NCBI GenBank assembly: GCA_040954595.2
Contig: CM082576.2
Coordinates: 2,826,760-2,890,759, forward strand
DNA from: Balanoglossus misakiensis
Taxonomy: Eukaryota > Animalia > Hemichordata
Reading direction: 5' to 3'
Length of the DNA stretch: 64,000 nucleotides
A program made the position numbers and the translations under genes. Of this stretch, positions 23,832 through 39,200 are shown one piece after another (position 1 is the stretch's first letter; the number at the start of each line of letters is the position of its first letter). The notes below the pieces were generated by a model that made no database searches, was not told the origin of the DNA, and saw nothing but the letters and a program-made list of their open reading frames with translations.

Positions 23832-26723
23832 GGATTTATGATCGGTAAGTAAATATCATGATCAGTCAGCATTGTTTCATTTTCCTCAGGAAAATTGATT
23901 CCACTCTAAATTTTTTATTCTGAGCAATGTGGAACGGTAGAAGGGGATTTTAAAAGTATTTCTCTGTATTATCTCATCGGAAGAGACGCATTTGAGGTTT
24001 TTATAGTGCGCGTACACCCTTGAACATATTTGTTCACAAGGGCCGTGGCATACGATCGTGATCAAGGCAAAATTTTAGTCGGAAATTCTTTCTGGAGCTC
24101 TTTTACTCCAACCAGCTCCGAACGAAATCGAGAATAACGCTGAAGTTCCAAATAGCCCAATCAAAAGACAAAGTACACGTCTTGGCATGGTTGAAATTTC
24201 CTGTTATGCGGCGTCTGTTTCAAGCTCTTCATAAAACGTCTTAACGTGGACTTCAACTGTGCGCGCGCGAAGCATGTCGAGAAAATTTGGATGTGTATAT
24301 TTCTTTTTAGAAGCTTGGTGTACTTTGTACTGTAATAGTGCCGCGGTGACGTATCAACTGCCAGTAATGACGGGGGTCATTATCGTATTGCTCATTTTCC
24401 AGCCTATTTGGCTAATGCACTATTGATGCAAGATAAAGAGGTTGGGTGGAGTCTCGTCTTGGCCTTTCTATCCTCGCTCTATTACCAATAGAAACTATAA
24501 TCGGGCTAAATAAGACGTGTGTTATACCCGAATTCATAACGATCCCCTAATCAATAATAATCGGCGAATGTTAGACTACCAGAAAGCCACTTTCGAGGTC
24601 AACCCATCAGGCCGAAAACAATATGTTAAAACTCATAAGACCAATTACTAAAACTGTTAGTCGATTAGTCAGATTTGTCAGGGACTGGGCATAAATTACA
24701 GTGATGGAGGGCTGTCGAATACATGCAGACGATTTTCCGCTCATTGCGAGATCTCGCGAGACTTGGTTGATTAGCATGGGGTTGGTAGTCAAATAATGCC
24801 ATCAAGCTTTGTATGAAACTAGAATAGGTGCAGAGTTTAACAGCAACGTAATTTAGTGTCGTTTAACATGGTGGGCCATGTGTTGTTTTGTCCTGTGTCA
24901 CATGAGAATGTCCTCCCATACAAACTGCCTATAGCCACGCGAAATCTCGCAGGGTCTCGGGGAGTTCGGAAATGGTCTATTTTCGTAGACGGTGCAGTCT
25001 GTGGGTGTAGAAGGTATCTCCTGCAGACAAAGAATCTGTGTTCATATAAGAGGATCACCGGAAAGGTAAATTGTGTACAACTTCTTGAATAATGTATGAC
25101 ATCCCTCGCGTGATAATACCAACATGCGGGGGAAGCTCTAAAACTCCCTTTGGAAATTTGAACTTTTCAAGAAGGCACGATTTGCAGTGAATAGTCAAGG
25201 ACTCACTACCTCTTGAGCCATCACACTTATTACTGTGAAGACGGAACCTTCAAATGCGTACAACCGCTTGATAAATTACGAAGTGATAACCCCACTGATG
25301 CTGTTGGTACCCTTCATTGACAATTTTAATCAAAGATGGTCAGAAGCACGCTCATTTACATAGGGACTATTTTTTGGCTCTCCGCTAAAACCCCAAACGT
25401 TTGCATTAATCTGGCAGACAGCTTTCTTTTCTATGGAAGAGTTCAAACGGTAACACAGTAACTAACTCGAACATATAGGCATTCATTGACTGGAACATGA
25501 CATACGATTGCATTTGGATAGGAAGATTTCAAGGTTAGCGGTGTCCACAGACAGGGTTAAGCCTAATACATCCATCAGAGTTTCAGTTAATTTCTCACCA
25601 ACGCAGAGCGCGCCAGACAGCTAACTAATCGTGCAATTTCTTCAGAGGTTCAACAGCGGCCATGTTTTCACTGACACTCTTATTACACTAACGGGTGAAG
25701 TCCTCCGAGCCCGGTCCGAGCATACTTTATTGGGCGTTCGTATCAAGTAAGACTATTCACGCTCCCACGTATGACATCTACTACAAAGCATGCGCCATTT
25801 TGAAATAGTCCCTGTTCAAGGCTTGACGGTGAGCGCTTGGCCTCCATTGATTTCTAAATGGCATGTCTACTTGTCAGTAGCTTACAACAAGCTTGCATTT
25901 TCTGGAAATTGAGTTTGTGAGTGTTTAAATCTATTGTATCTCCAAGCTATGACCGGGTCAAGTGTTAACTGTCACTGTTGAACATGGCACGTTTGAACTA
26001 TGCATAACATGGTTTAGTATGGAACTCCACTGAATCAGATGGACTCGTCCATTGCATGTAGGGGAAGGGTTAGCACTATATTTACTTTATCCAATGTTGT
26101 CGATCAACACGGGAATGAACCGAGTACCTCAGTACTACACCATATATTTGACTGGAGCAGCTCAGACAACGAGGTGCGGACAGTAGGTAAAAACGGAAGT
26201 CAATTGAGCATGCACTTCCAGCCGATTTGTGAGTTTGCGTCAGACTCTCAAGCAAATGTTGACCGCCATCTTTTCATGTTTATTACTTTAATGGCTTTTA
26301 AATTACGGCGTTCTCTGCCATGCATTGTCCATTGAACTTAAATCCTGGGCCGTAAATCGTAGAATTTATTGGAGCCTGCATACAGTGGAATCCCTACCTG
26401 CACATTTCGTAACCGTTTTTATTATGACGACCCCAGGTAATCGGACTCACTCCGCGAGTTTATTACCTGATCTTCCCCCAGACGACCAAATATTCATTGA
26501 TAGAATTTGCGAACTGCAAAAAATCACAGAATCACATAATTGCCAAAAACGTTTGGCGCGACGAAGATGATGCCTCAAAGTTCGAACAGAACACATGCGA
26601 GATTTCAACCAGTTATCACGAACGCCCATCCTTATGAAAGCTTCTCCCAATTATCTTTTACACGGATGGAATGCGAAAAAACAACTTTTATGATGGAAGC
26701 TATAGAAATCAAGGACGCATGCT

Positions 26724-26751
26724 TATGCAAATCACGTTGGGGATTTGCATA
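26724..26751. promoter_or_regulatory. Palindromic double octamer TATGCAAATC-N8-GATTTGCATA
   Basis: Perfect 10-bp inverted repeat; each arm contains the POU octamer ATGCAAAT. Confidence 0.5.
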
Positions 26752-28243
26752 TGGCAGACGAAGGCATGCCACTGCATCCAATGGGCTGACCTCTGCGTGA
26801 ACCACGTGGCCATATGTGAATCGCCATTTCCCCAAAATCCATTCAAAGAAGTGCTTCTAGAATTTCCAGTATACGTATTCGTGCATATGCGTCTTTTATA
26901 GTCAACAGTCAGTTGTTGGTCGTTTCCAGAGCATGTTTTGTTTTATCAGCGATGCCATAACATTGTAGGTACATAGTTAAATGTAGGAAAAGTCACGCAC
27001 TGATCGTCGAAGCGTCGATTTCAAGGAAGACTTCCGCTGCGTCACGCGGCATACGCGGTGAACCGAACGGGGATACGTATCTGTCTGGACAATGAGAGAT
27101 GACACCTCACACAATTCCAATGTAACGTTAGACAGCCAGTTAGACAGGATGTAGGTTATTGGGGTTGGCACAGATGTAACCGGGTGACAAGATAAATTGC
27201 ACGTCACAACCGTTCGTAACATATGGAAAGTCAGGCCCGACAACACCTGAGTGACTATTCGGTAGCTGTGTCTCCAAAGTTACATGTAGAAGCACGTTTT
27301 GCGCTATTCTTCGTCCAAAACCGTTGTCACTCTAGGTCATGCTTTGTTTATGTTATGCTCGTCATTGTTAGATATCTGTTACGGTCGGCAATGCGACTGA
27401 AAGTTTTGTTTTGCTCTTAGTCTACAGTTTGCTGTCCAGTAGAATTATTACTATATCATGTATTTGAAATCTGTGAATGAAAACTGTTACAGAGGGGAAC
27501 ACTGCCTTGTAACGCTCGATTTGTGGAATCAGTTTCCATAATTGTTTAATTTGCTTAATTATGAACTACAATAGTAAATAGGACACTTCTTTTCTTACTG
27601 TTTGTTTGAAGGGGCCATGTTAATGGAACATGCCACACACGAAATGATTCCCTCGCCCGTCGAAGGAAATGGCCAGTCTCTAAAAACAATCATTTAGAGT
27701 GGACCGTTCTGTTCGGAGACAAAATTCATTATGTTGATGATCATATATCGATGGAAAAATCTTACGATGTCGAGGTTTTTCTCGTAGGCTGTTATGAAGT
27801 TGCGATATGGCAGACAGATAAAAAACAGAATCAGAATTATTAGAAAACTAGACGGCTGGTCGACCGAACGAAAAACTCACACGACCATAACAAATGCCTT
27901 CTGGGTTTTTCACAACGCTTTCGCTTTTGATGAAGTAAAATCAATTCACCCACGGGCAAACATCTATACCATTTAAAGTCGTGTTCTGTGGGTATCAAAG
28001 GTGCTAAGTTCGTTCAAGGTTTGTTGCATTCAAGTTCAAGGACTTGGTGTTTACAAAACACCCCCTTAATTGTGGATTTAAAAGGCGGAAATAGTTTTAT
28101 GTCTGTGTCGCTGCAGGTTCTAATTGGCAATGCCGTTTGGAAGGGATGTTGGAATTGTTCACATGCCATAAGATAATTTGCTTACTTGTATGATTTGCGT
28201 GGCATAGGCGTGGGGGTAGTGTGTGCAATTTGAGAACACAAAT

Positions 28244-28329
<86 letters not shown>
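28244..28329 (+). repeat. (ATC)28 microsatellite
   Basis: Read directly. Confidence 0.97.
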
Positions 28330-31300
28330 TGAATGTAAGGAACACCTTGAATGTCGATATTTTACAATTTGATAAAAAGTCCCATCTGCAAGTTTCTTGT
28401 TAACATTTGATGATGAATAAACACGATTAATCATTGAGCCTTATCTAATGTAAGATCGGTCGTCGTTTGGCAGCCGCTGATATCGCAGACAATTTAAAGA
28501 ATGGTAATATTCCACGCGTTTTATCCCCGTAACAACTCATCATCGAAATGAAATACGCGCATGCAGTGTCTGTCGCTGTGCGATCACCAGAAACTCCAAC
28601 GCCAAAACGCAATGTATATCAGAAACACTGGGCGACAATCAAAACACTGACGTCTTATCTGAAACTGGTGTTGTTTGCGGTTTCCGGTTTGATTCATACC
28701 TACGGGAAAGTGGAGAAAAAAGCACGCTGACTAACACGATATCTATACATATACTCAATTGAAGAATAAGGAGCATACAGAATTCAGTTAGGGTACGTCA
28801 TCATCCTGCGCGATATACCGCAGGGGATAGGACATGCGATGGAATCAGCGCTCGTGTGAGGCATAGAACCGTCGGCTTGTATAGTGATGGAAGAAGTGAC
28901 AGATCCGTGTTGAGAGTGTACAATTTCAAACCGGTGCTGCTCCGCGGAGAGATGATTGCTTCACAAAGATTATTGTGATTGTGCGATTACGATATTCATG
29001 ATTAGGTTTTCGCCTCGGTTTGAGGATTGTTTACGAGACACAAAGAGTGGCAACGGATCGAGTGGACGGGGTTTTTCAGAAAATAAAGAATTAGTTCTGA
29101 TTTCCCAAGCGTGTAATCACCGACTGTGGCCTTCTCGGCTAACCCGGTGGAGTATTGGCTATCAGATTGAATGCGATTGGTACTGGCAGATGAATGCAAG
29201 TGTATTCATTTTCAAATGCCAGCAATTTCTACAATTGCAAATTGTTACCTTCTCTCTGGGATCATCTGAATACTTCTCCTATACAGAGTAAAACACCACG
29301 AAACCCCCACAACGCCTATAGATTATCTACGTGTGCGATCACGGCGTATGGAATGTAATCTTATGACCGAAGTACATTGTCAAATATGTGTACATATAGA
29401 ATTGGTTCTTGTTTGATTGATGTGAAGTTGGCCCATGCAAGAAGCCGTAGCGTTTAAAAATATTCACGAAAGTGACTGGAATTTTCCCTATAATTGACAA
29501 CATCTCCATCATTTTGATAGTCGGTTGACGGAGAGAAGACAACGTAGTCTCTATTACCCCATAAAACGTCAAAATCAGAAAAAAGGGAGCTTAATATTTT
29601 TCAATGATGGTTGAAATTGTAACTGGGATGACACGGAAGGATATCTCACTGACAGCCCAAAACACGAAGCGATAACTAGAAGGTCGACACTTTCTGTACC
29701 TTGTCAGCTTCGATGGAATCTTTCTGAAATGTATTATTCACCTAGGAATCACTATAAAGCTATGTTGTCTCCCCCTAGATAACTCCGTACAGTATCACTG
29801 GTATCAATTTCCAAACCATATCATTTTCCAACTCAGTGGAAATACTGATAATTCATCTTGTCATTCAAACTCCATTTTTGCATCACTGTTTAACCAGTTC
29901 ATCTAACCCATCGAACATTAACTCTGGACCTGCGCGACGCATGGTGTGATGTATCCCCGCAAGAACAGATAACGTTGTGGTGCCGTGGCATTGTTTCTGT
30001 CTACCGTGATATGCTGTGCAGTTCGTATTTTTTACTGAATGAAGGAATTCCCCACTGATTGTTAATACTAATCCAATTGCGAAGTAACCGGAGTAAATGA
30101 ATCGTTAAATTCAGATCCCTCCCTTGAGATCGTTGCTGGGGCTTTACATCAGTGCACATTTTGGCACTTTTGAACGATTATCTGAGCGCATTCCTATCCG
30201 TCTCACATCAAATTATTTTCTTATCGGGATTAAATGTTTTTCCTTCTTGAAACCTAGGAAACGCGATCAACATATCATCAAATCGTGTACCGCTAGATTA
30301 CTTATCAGACCCTCGTTTCCATCCAAACTGTGGCTCTCATTGAATTTCTGTTCTCTTTAGAATACAGTCAGGCAAATACGAGTGAGTGTAATCGACTCAA
30401 GTGTTTCCAGGCGCATTCACCGCTTTGTGTCATTCGACACATCAGTCCACCACTACACGTGTTTTCTATATCAGTGTTTTGTGACAGAAAATGTTAAAGG
30501 TCCACTGTGTAATACACTTTCAGAGTCACTGTTAGAATCGGGCTGCCTGTGCATGGGCGTACAATCCTTTAAAAGTTTTATTTGTTGTCTAAAGTGTCAC
30601 GTACATAGGCGAGCCAAAAACCCAGACCTGTCTATTTATTTATTGGCTATAAGCTTACTGAATTGGTGTCAAAACACTACAAGACACTACAAGACACGAG
30701 TCACGCATTTTGCTATAATTCTGTCGTGGCAGTAATAATATACGATGGCTCCCTCTGCTTGACTCTTGTTAAACGAGTCGCATAACACGGTGATGCCTTC
30801 TTTGCGTGTTTGACAGTTAACCAGTTGGCCTTCTTCGTCGTGACAGCGAAGCTATTTTGTCCCGAGAACTCGTTGATTGGTGTCCTCGTTTGCCCTGTTC
30901 ACAGTGCACCGCTGGGTCGCGTTCCACTTGTCTCACCTCGACCCTTTCTCTTCTCTGTTGGTTCATTATCAAGTCGCCTGCACTTTTTTTGCTTTGAGGA
31001 CTGTCTTGTCATCTCGACATTCAACCCACCCAAGCGGGCAAATCAGTGTCACAACCCGTATTAGCTTGTCAACAAACGACTCTCTTCACCGCAGTCGTCG
31101 GTGATAAATTGACGGGCAGTTGAAACGACAATGCCAAGAGTGACAGAAAATTAGCTCTTTCAAATTTGACAAACATCGCGCCCTTTGGCACATTTCACCT
31201 GCTTCTCGTTTTGGTGAAAAAAGACCTCTCAAAGAAACGCTTTCACATCTACATGTAATGCGGTTAAATATGACGAACTAAGTTGACATTAATGGGGTAC

Positions 31301-33227
31301 TGTAACTTAACTAATAGCTTGACAGGATTACGAACCTGTGCCTAACGAGAGCTCTAGTCAGCTTTATCCCCAGGAAACTACAAGGCGTTCTAATTATACA
31401 TGCATATACCTTTTGTGGAACATTGCCTGAATATAATGGCGGTGTGGTCGTTAAGAGGATTTCAAGACGCGGAATGATATATTTTCGCGAATGAACTCAT
31501 TTTCAGCTATTCATCAGCGTGTAAATACCTCCATGCCACTCGAGAAATGAACAGACCCTTGCGTCATTTGCGGTCGTACTGAGATAAAATGACGCACTGT
31601 CTTGGGTTTAATCAAAATATGTTTTTCAGCCACCAATTTCTTCATATGCAAATGAGATAAATCGACATGTCAATGAAGAACAGTTTTTTTTATATAAACG
31701 TATATATCTGGCGCCAAAATGAAACACTTGACGTGAAAGTCTCCTTCCTTCGTAATAATTAGCGCTCACATGACACGAGTTTCGAGGAAATTTCTCAGAT
31801 TGTTCTCATCATATGTCGCCTAAAGCTTCCAGGGCAAAAGTGCGATAGACATGCCGTGATTAATAATATATTAACACTAATTTGCATATAAAATGATAAC
31901 TTAAGAAGAGAGTGGCAGTCACTCGTTAAAATGAAGTGGTTACCTTTTCTGTTAATTGTTGACATTAAAATGTACCACACTTTTTTCAGTTTAATACAGT
32001 TCCAATGTAAACAAAATTGCACACTTGTACCTGGTGGTGACAGTGTGTGTTTAAAACGCCATGTGTGGCGGTTGTAAGTCCAACAGACTGCACTGCACAA
32101 GCGTTTGTAATGTGTCAGCGGCTGTGAACGCATTTTAAAAACAGGAACATAAATTCCAAGTCCCAAATGTCAAGTTTGGGGTGTTTTCATCCCAATATGT
32201 CACTTTTCCCCCTGCCTGTGTTCACTTTCAGAGTGAGAAAACGTACACTTGTAGTGGAGTTACTGTCGCTGGCTTCGGATAAGCGAAACTACTGTGCGAA
32301 CACTTGGGATTTATTGTGGAATTGTTGCCATATGTTTTCACCTCACATTGGTGATTTATCAATAATTGAGGAACATCTACCCTAATGCTACTCTTCTGTA
32401 CAATTACAAGTGTCATTCCCCGCTCTTTCTCGTGGTGCTAATGGATCAAATTTCGTCTGTTAGCGGCTCTTTGTGCTTTTAGGGTCACCTAGATTACGTC
32501 GTTTATTGGAAGACACTCGACGGACGCGATCGTGTATATGATTTATCAACTTAATTAGCGAGAGCATACGCCGAACAGCCTTACTCAAATATCGATCGTT
32601 ATTGCTTGATTTATAAAGAAATATCTCAGCATTACGTGTTCATCCAGATTAGTCTGCTCCTTCACAAATTGCTGCATACAAGACGACTGCTCTGAAATAT
32701 TTATAAGCTTATATTGGCTTCTGTTTATGTCTCTCCAGCAGTCGCTGTCATTCTTCTACCTACATGTAGCTTATATAACACGACTGTAATGTTTACATGG
32801 ATATTTTCACCTTCTGTAAAAATCCGTGGGCACTCTAAAAGTCGCATTGTCTCCATGGCAACGTTTCACTATGAAGTACCCATCATTCCATGTCACGCAC
32901 AACTTGTTTGAAGAAAATTATACGTTGCGTGCGTGCACACATGTTAATGAAGCTATACGCGACTTGGTTTAGTTACCTCACAATAAGACACATTCCAGAT
33001 CAAAGGTCACCTCCAATTTACATATGTCCCTATATGCCTAAAATGGCATATCTTAGTATCCAAAAAACATATGGTGGCGCTCTTTTTTCGCGTGTGCCAC
33101 CCGCTGAAAATCTGTGATTGGGTGGATCTCAGTTTGCCATGTATGTCGTTGAATACCACGCCCTGCAAATATTTTGATCGAAAATGAAATATTGTTATAA
33201 GCGCTTTCAGCGTCATCGTTTTTGGTG

Positions 33228-33242
33228 GTTGCCAATGGCAAC
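33228..33242. promoter_or_regulatory. RFX X-box GTTGCC-AAT-GGCAAC (second X-box GTCTCCATGGCAAC at 32849-32862)
   Basis: Two consensus X-boxes within 400 bp. Confidence 0.5.
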
Positions 33243-36200
33243 ACTGCGTCTGTAAAAGTGGTAAGCCCCAGAGTAAATCATCCATAGATTATGAGTCGCA
33301 ATTTTATGCTTCGTGTTTCTGTTCAAATTGCAATTGGTCTTTTATTGCTGAGTTTTGGTTACCTTAGGGGTATAAGATGATATTCAGTCTTGTTCTTGCA
33401 CGTACGTCTTCACGTCAGTAATTGTGCAAGTTCAATTTTCTGTCCGGAAAACGGGCCAGGGACGTGTTTGGTGTGAGAATCTTTGTAAATATTTACGAAC
33501 AGCAAGGCATATTAGAATGTGACTGGGATATTGTTGGCAGTATTTGCTCTGGTTTGATTGAAAGCGTGTGCAAATTTGTACGATGGTCGGTTGTGAATTA
33601 CAGAAAAAAGTTTGTGTCATACACGTCCAAACATATGGCGTCCGTTTATGAAAATCATTTCTATTACGAAAGCTCCCGATCAAACAGAAAGGGAACCTTA
33701 GCCATTACGCCTGAAAACTAATGACTTTATCCCAAAGTGTAAACGGCACCGGTAATCTGATCGTGTTTGTCGATGGGTGCGGTGTTAATGCATTCACCTG
33801 TTATTATTCAGTCGCGATCATAATTTGCTCGGAATTAAGATTTTGAGAGATAATGGACTCTTCTAGAGAGACGATATTAAGATGTAAACGGCTCGGCTTT
33901 GATTTATTCAGCTACTGAGTGCGAAGCCGGTCCGATATCCCTCTTGTGTACGTGTGTAATTGTACGCTGTATGATCTCAATTGGTCGCAAAACGCACGAT
34001 TTGTAAGTGAGTACTTGTACACTGCCAAGTTTCCCCTTTGCTATGCAAATAGACCATGTATACCAATCACGGTCATGGCACCACAAAGGAACAAGTCAGT
34101 CCGCTTTATCAGGCGCATTTTATCGGCACTTGACGCCGTGTGATGAAATTCCGTCGACATAATTCATGATTTTATGTCTTTTTTTCTCTTGGAACAAATG
34201 GCCGCCAGAGGGTGGAGCGCCAGCAATTTAATAAACGGGAAAATCAGGTGGAAATCTCGCAGTAAAACGTTTTTGCTTCGAATCTTCGTTTTGCATCAAT
34301 AAATTAGTTCACTATTGAATAAACAGCCCTTATCGCTAACCAGTCCAGCTGGCTTTGCTTAATCTTTCGCAGTGCATTTTATATTGTATAAGGGAAGGAA
34401 AGCCATGACTGTGTAGTGGTTTCTTGTATGCGGAGATTGTGTCCAGATTCCCCGGCTCCAAACTCTGATCTGAACCCACTTGATATGTAAAATCGATAAG
34501 AAGCTGTGATAGACAAATCGCTGACGAATCTCAATCGCCTGTATGGTTTAACCTGCGGAGTCATATTTTTATAAGTGATAAAAACACATCTGAAATTTCA
34601 ACTGACAAAAATTGTAACGCTGTAATCTGACACCTAAAAATGAAATCGTCATACTCACAAAGTCATCAATCTGCTGAATTCCGAATTTTCGCAAGGGTGT
34701 TGTGAGGTCACCACGAGTTGAAAGACCCAATTTTGCTACCCTTGACTCCTAAGTATGCCATTCATCTGATCTCTTGTGCATCATGCGTTTGCTTAAAGGC
34801 GCGTTTTTAGAACGACGTTAGCTCCTATTTCTGCTCTTTGATGACCCAGAAAGGACATTCAAAATCCAAGACACGTCTTTTTTATGACAGTCGAATTGAC
34901 AGTTTAACTGTAGATGGCAGAAAGGTTGGCGAAGTTTGGCTTTTTTGTATTGAACAGTAAACAGTCTTTCAAAGTCTCACAATGATAAAATCTTAAGCCG
35001 TAAATTTGGCTGCATCATTGCAGATGCGCGTCATTTTCTCCTGGATGCCGTAAATGGAAACGCTGATTTTATCCGCATGCCCTCTGCCTCAAGGTGTTAT
35101 CATGACAAACGCTGGCAGCGGTGGGACTACTATATAAGAGCCATGTTTTTCTTTCGTAAGCCAGGTATATATATAGAGAGAATAATAAGTGTGCGTCGCT
35201 GCATAGCCTTGGTTATAATAAGGCGATATTTACCTAACCAAGCGAATGATTGACATGTCATTACAATGAATGCGACAAAACCGTAAATGAACGCCGTAGG
35301 TGATGCCCTATGGTAAACCTCATCAGGATTAAGGATTTACCACTCATGACGTCATTCTAGATCGGTTATTTTTTTCTTCAAGAAATGTGTGAATGTTTTT
35401 GTGTTTGGCATACTCCATGGGAAATTATTACGTATAAGAAGATTTATGCATTCGCATTTTCTTTTGAGAGTAACGATGGATACTTGGTAGTAATCTGGAT
35501 ACTAGATTAACTTAAAATTATAGAGTCGAATAAGACCTCTATTTACTCTTTATCTTTCCCCCTTGTTTTTTTCTCTTTCGGGTATGATCACGTATCCATT
35601 TTATGCGTTGTGGAGCGTTAAACGGCAACCGAGCGCATATCTGGCTCTGTTCGCTTGTTTGTTTTGTTCAAAGACGAGGATAAACGTGGATAAATGTTTG
35701 CTTCCTTCTTTCCACCCCCCCCCCCTTCATCAATAATATCTGCTCAGTCGCGACTATACGGACGGAAAATCGCGTGCGGCAAATCTCTCTGCTTGACCCG
35801 ACACTGAAGAAGTGCACATTTTCTGATTAGCTATCTGCTGTTAAGTGAATAGGTAGCGGATACGGAATGACTATAGTTGGAATAGACCCTTGAGGATGGC
35901 TGGCAAGCGATCAAATCATCAGTTCAGCAAAAAAAATGCGCGATTTTTTCGCTCAGTACGAAAGACCAGGACTGGTAAAAACGACTAGTTTACGCCTGTT
36001 TTCAATTTGAATCCAAAGCAAATAGCAATGTTCAATCTACCTTTAATAGGCGAAGTATGCCAGGTGATCACGCAACCCACGCTATGTTAGATTTGATGAA
36101 TAATTAATAATAAGTACAAGCTCATCTCATTTGGTATGTTGGTGACGCTTTATGGAGATCCAGCCTATCACGTTTTTTTTTTCATTTGCCGATCAGTTGA

Positions 36201-39200
36201 CATATGTCCGCGGTTTATTATTGCGCTAGTTAGATTTGCTGTACAGACACTTTACGCGAAGTTGGAGAATACTCCCGTTCATTGTTCAGTTGGTGAAAAC
36301 AACTCGGTTAATATTGACAACTTTGCGATCGATTGTGAGACAGGAAAAGTAATGATGATGGAACGACAGCGATGGTGTTGAGCGCGGGAAAGGGTATTGC
36401 GTCTCGGCTGTGGAAAAATACACGTTGTTTAATTCGAGATGTCTCTTTGCGAGTTCGCGATGCCTTGCGGTAATTTAGGGGCGATCAATCATGGACGATC
36501 ACGTGGCGTGCCCACGTACGAGATGAAAGGTGTCATCCTGCTCATTTGCAGAAGTGGTGTTCTGACTGGCACGTCTCCACGAATCTTCGTCTCCGGTGAC
36601 AGAGTGTTATTATGATGTTGATTTAGTGTAAACTGGGGCGATGTTGTTAATTGAATTTTGTATGTCATATGGTCTCACGGTAGCAATGGTCTTAAAATAG
36701 GACAAACACACATATTAAACAAAAGGAAAAAAAATAAAAAAGAGCCGTGTTTGTTTTACCTCGCATTCAGATCAGTTCAGTTAAGACATATTGCACTATC
36801 GATTAATCTTTACGCATCATCCTTTTTAGGAACATAGTGCAGTGACGCCTTTCTGAAATGCTGCGAATGTTGAAGCTTAATAATATACAACGAGGGTCAT
36901 CATGCTACGTGGCTTTTAATGACTGGTTTTCATATTTCCCAGTAATTGTACAACGTCTTTTGCAATTATTGTACAACATCTGCAATTTTCCCTTGGGTTA
37001 AGAAACTGTTTCCGTAGTTCCTGTCTTTCCACGAATTTATTGCTTCTTTGGTGTTTTAAACCACCGAGCGATGTTATTATTTTTTCTGAAATGCCCGTCG
37101 GTTACGATTACTTGAAGACGCAATCGTCATGGACACCAAACGTCTTTGTCTTATTTTTAAATGTGAAAAACACATCTGAAGAAAAGCATTCAAAACACGC
37201 CAGCCATTACACCTTTCCTGTTGTAAAATAGAATAATAGCTTTTGGTATTCCTTACCTGAAAAGCTTCAATCGACAACCATTTTTCGTTCAATATTAAAA
37301 ATATCTGACCCAAGAACATCACTGGCAGCGCAAGTCCTGATTTTTAAAAGGGTACAGTCGCTCGGCTCGTATACATATTACCACACTCGATGAAATGAAA
37401 TCGAAGAAAGCGACCACGTTCGCCGTGGATATACAAAGCAACTGCCTATAGTTCCCTGAGAACAAACCATTATGCAGGTGGAAAGAAGCCCCTCAGACCT
37501 GAGGGGCGTCGAAAAAAGACGCAGGAATTAAGAATACAAGACAACCGCGGAGGACAAAAACGCGGCGTGCGTCAGGAATTATCTTAAGAATACCACATTT
37601 CATCAAAACCACGGAAAGATAATACTAAGTTTGGTAACATATTGAAATGTTATTTTTGTCGAGCTCTTGGCGATGTAATACCGGCACTTATATTGCAAAA
37701 GTCAGTCGCAGTGGCACTAGCAATGTATTTAGCAACATGCTTTGTAAGGCACATCTCCGGCATAAGGGCAGGGAGGGTGAAAAAATATCAAGCAACTGGT
37801 AAACATTTGCAAGCCATATCTGCATCAGTTTTGATGAAACTTGCTATAGCGATACCGATCTTAAGGACATTTCACAATTTATTGTCAAAACATGTAAATT
37901 TTCACAGTTAAAATATCATTTGCTGTATCGGTAGCGATATGAATCCACACGTATCGGCCCAATTTAACGCAAGCTTGCTACATATATTGATTTCAGCGAG
38001 AGTGTTATCTCCACGAACTTTTTATTTGCATATTCATTTTCGACTTTGTACTTCGGGATAATAACATATCATACTCCAAGCATGGGGCCATATTCAATAC
38101 ACATCTGGTGATAATCTTGTATTAATTAACATGAAAGCCGACTACACATAAACGTCCTCGATCGTCTGTTGTATCAGAAAGTATAAGGTGAGGGTAACAC
38201 ACATTTATTCGCACAATTCGGATGAGAGAGGGTAGGTCTGTTGGTAAATTTGATATAATATCAAGCTGCCCTTCGTGTCAGCAAAGCAGCAAAGACAGCC
38301 AACCAATCAACACATCCTTCTTGTTCCATTTACCTTTAACATGTTTAACGAATCGGTTTGCCACTCTCAGGGCCGCGCGTGTTTATTGATTACATCTCTG
38401 AAAAAATCACGTTACAATGATTTCCGACTTTAGGAAATATAATAAGAAATCGTGGAAAGTCACAAAAACAGATCACTGGGCAAAAAATCGTGGTGTCATG
38501 TACATGTAGCTCTTTTTATTTTCATCAGCGTCAAAAATGTACAGACTAGTCCGAAGATGTCTTATACATTGCCTAATCCAGGATCATTGACCGGCAGTAG
38601 CATTCCTTAAGACGTTTTCATGTCAAGAGGTTGAACTGTCAGCCTGTAAGGAAATAATGAGTGTTTTTCGTTATTTGTGAAAAATATATCGCCCGCAGAT
38701 AGCGCATTGCTAATCAGATTGAGGGAAACCTCTTGTCCCCTAACCTTTGCAAATGCAAATGGCAATATTCAACTCATAGATTGTGAGCGATACGGAATGT
38801 AATTTTCAGTGTTTGGCTTATCACTTAAAGCTAAATATGTATAACCTTCTGCCTTTGAAAACAGTTGTTAATATAAAGGACGGCAATATACTTATCGCGT
38901 GGTGTGGGAGCAGAATGCAATTTCCGGTGATGGGCAGAACACTTCAAACGCCAAATATGCAACCTTCTCGCTTTCCTTGTTGATGTTCTGATTTTAGTAT
39001 TGGTATATTGTCACTGTCACTGTCAGTTTCTGTCTGTCTGTTTGTCTCTCTATCTCTTTCCCTCTCTTCTCTCCACTCTCTGTATGTCGATCTGCCTACA
39101 TGTACGGTGCATTATCAAGTCCACGATGAATCAAACGGCTTTTCATCGAACCAATCGCCAGATTGACTGAAAATAATTCTTTAAAAAGGTTAGACAAGGC

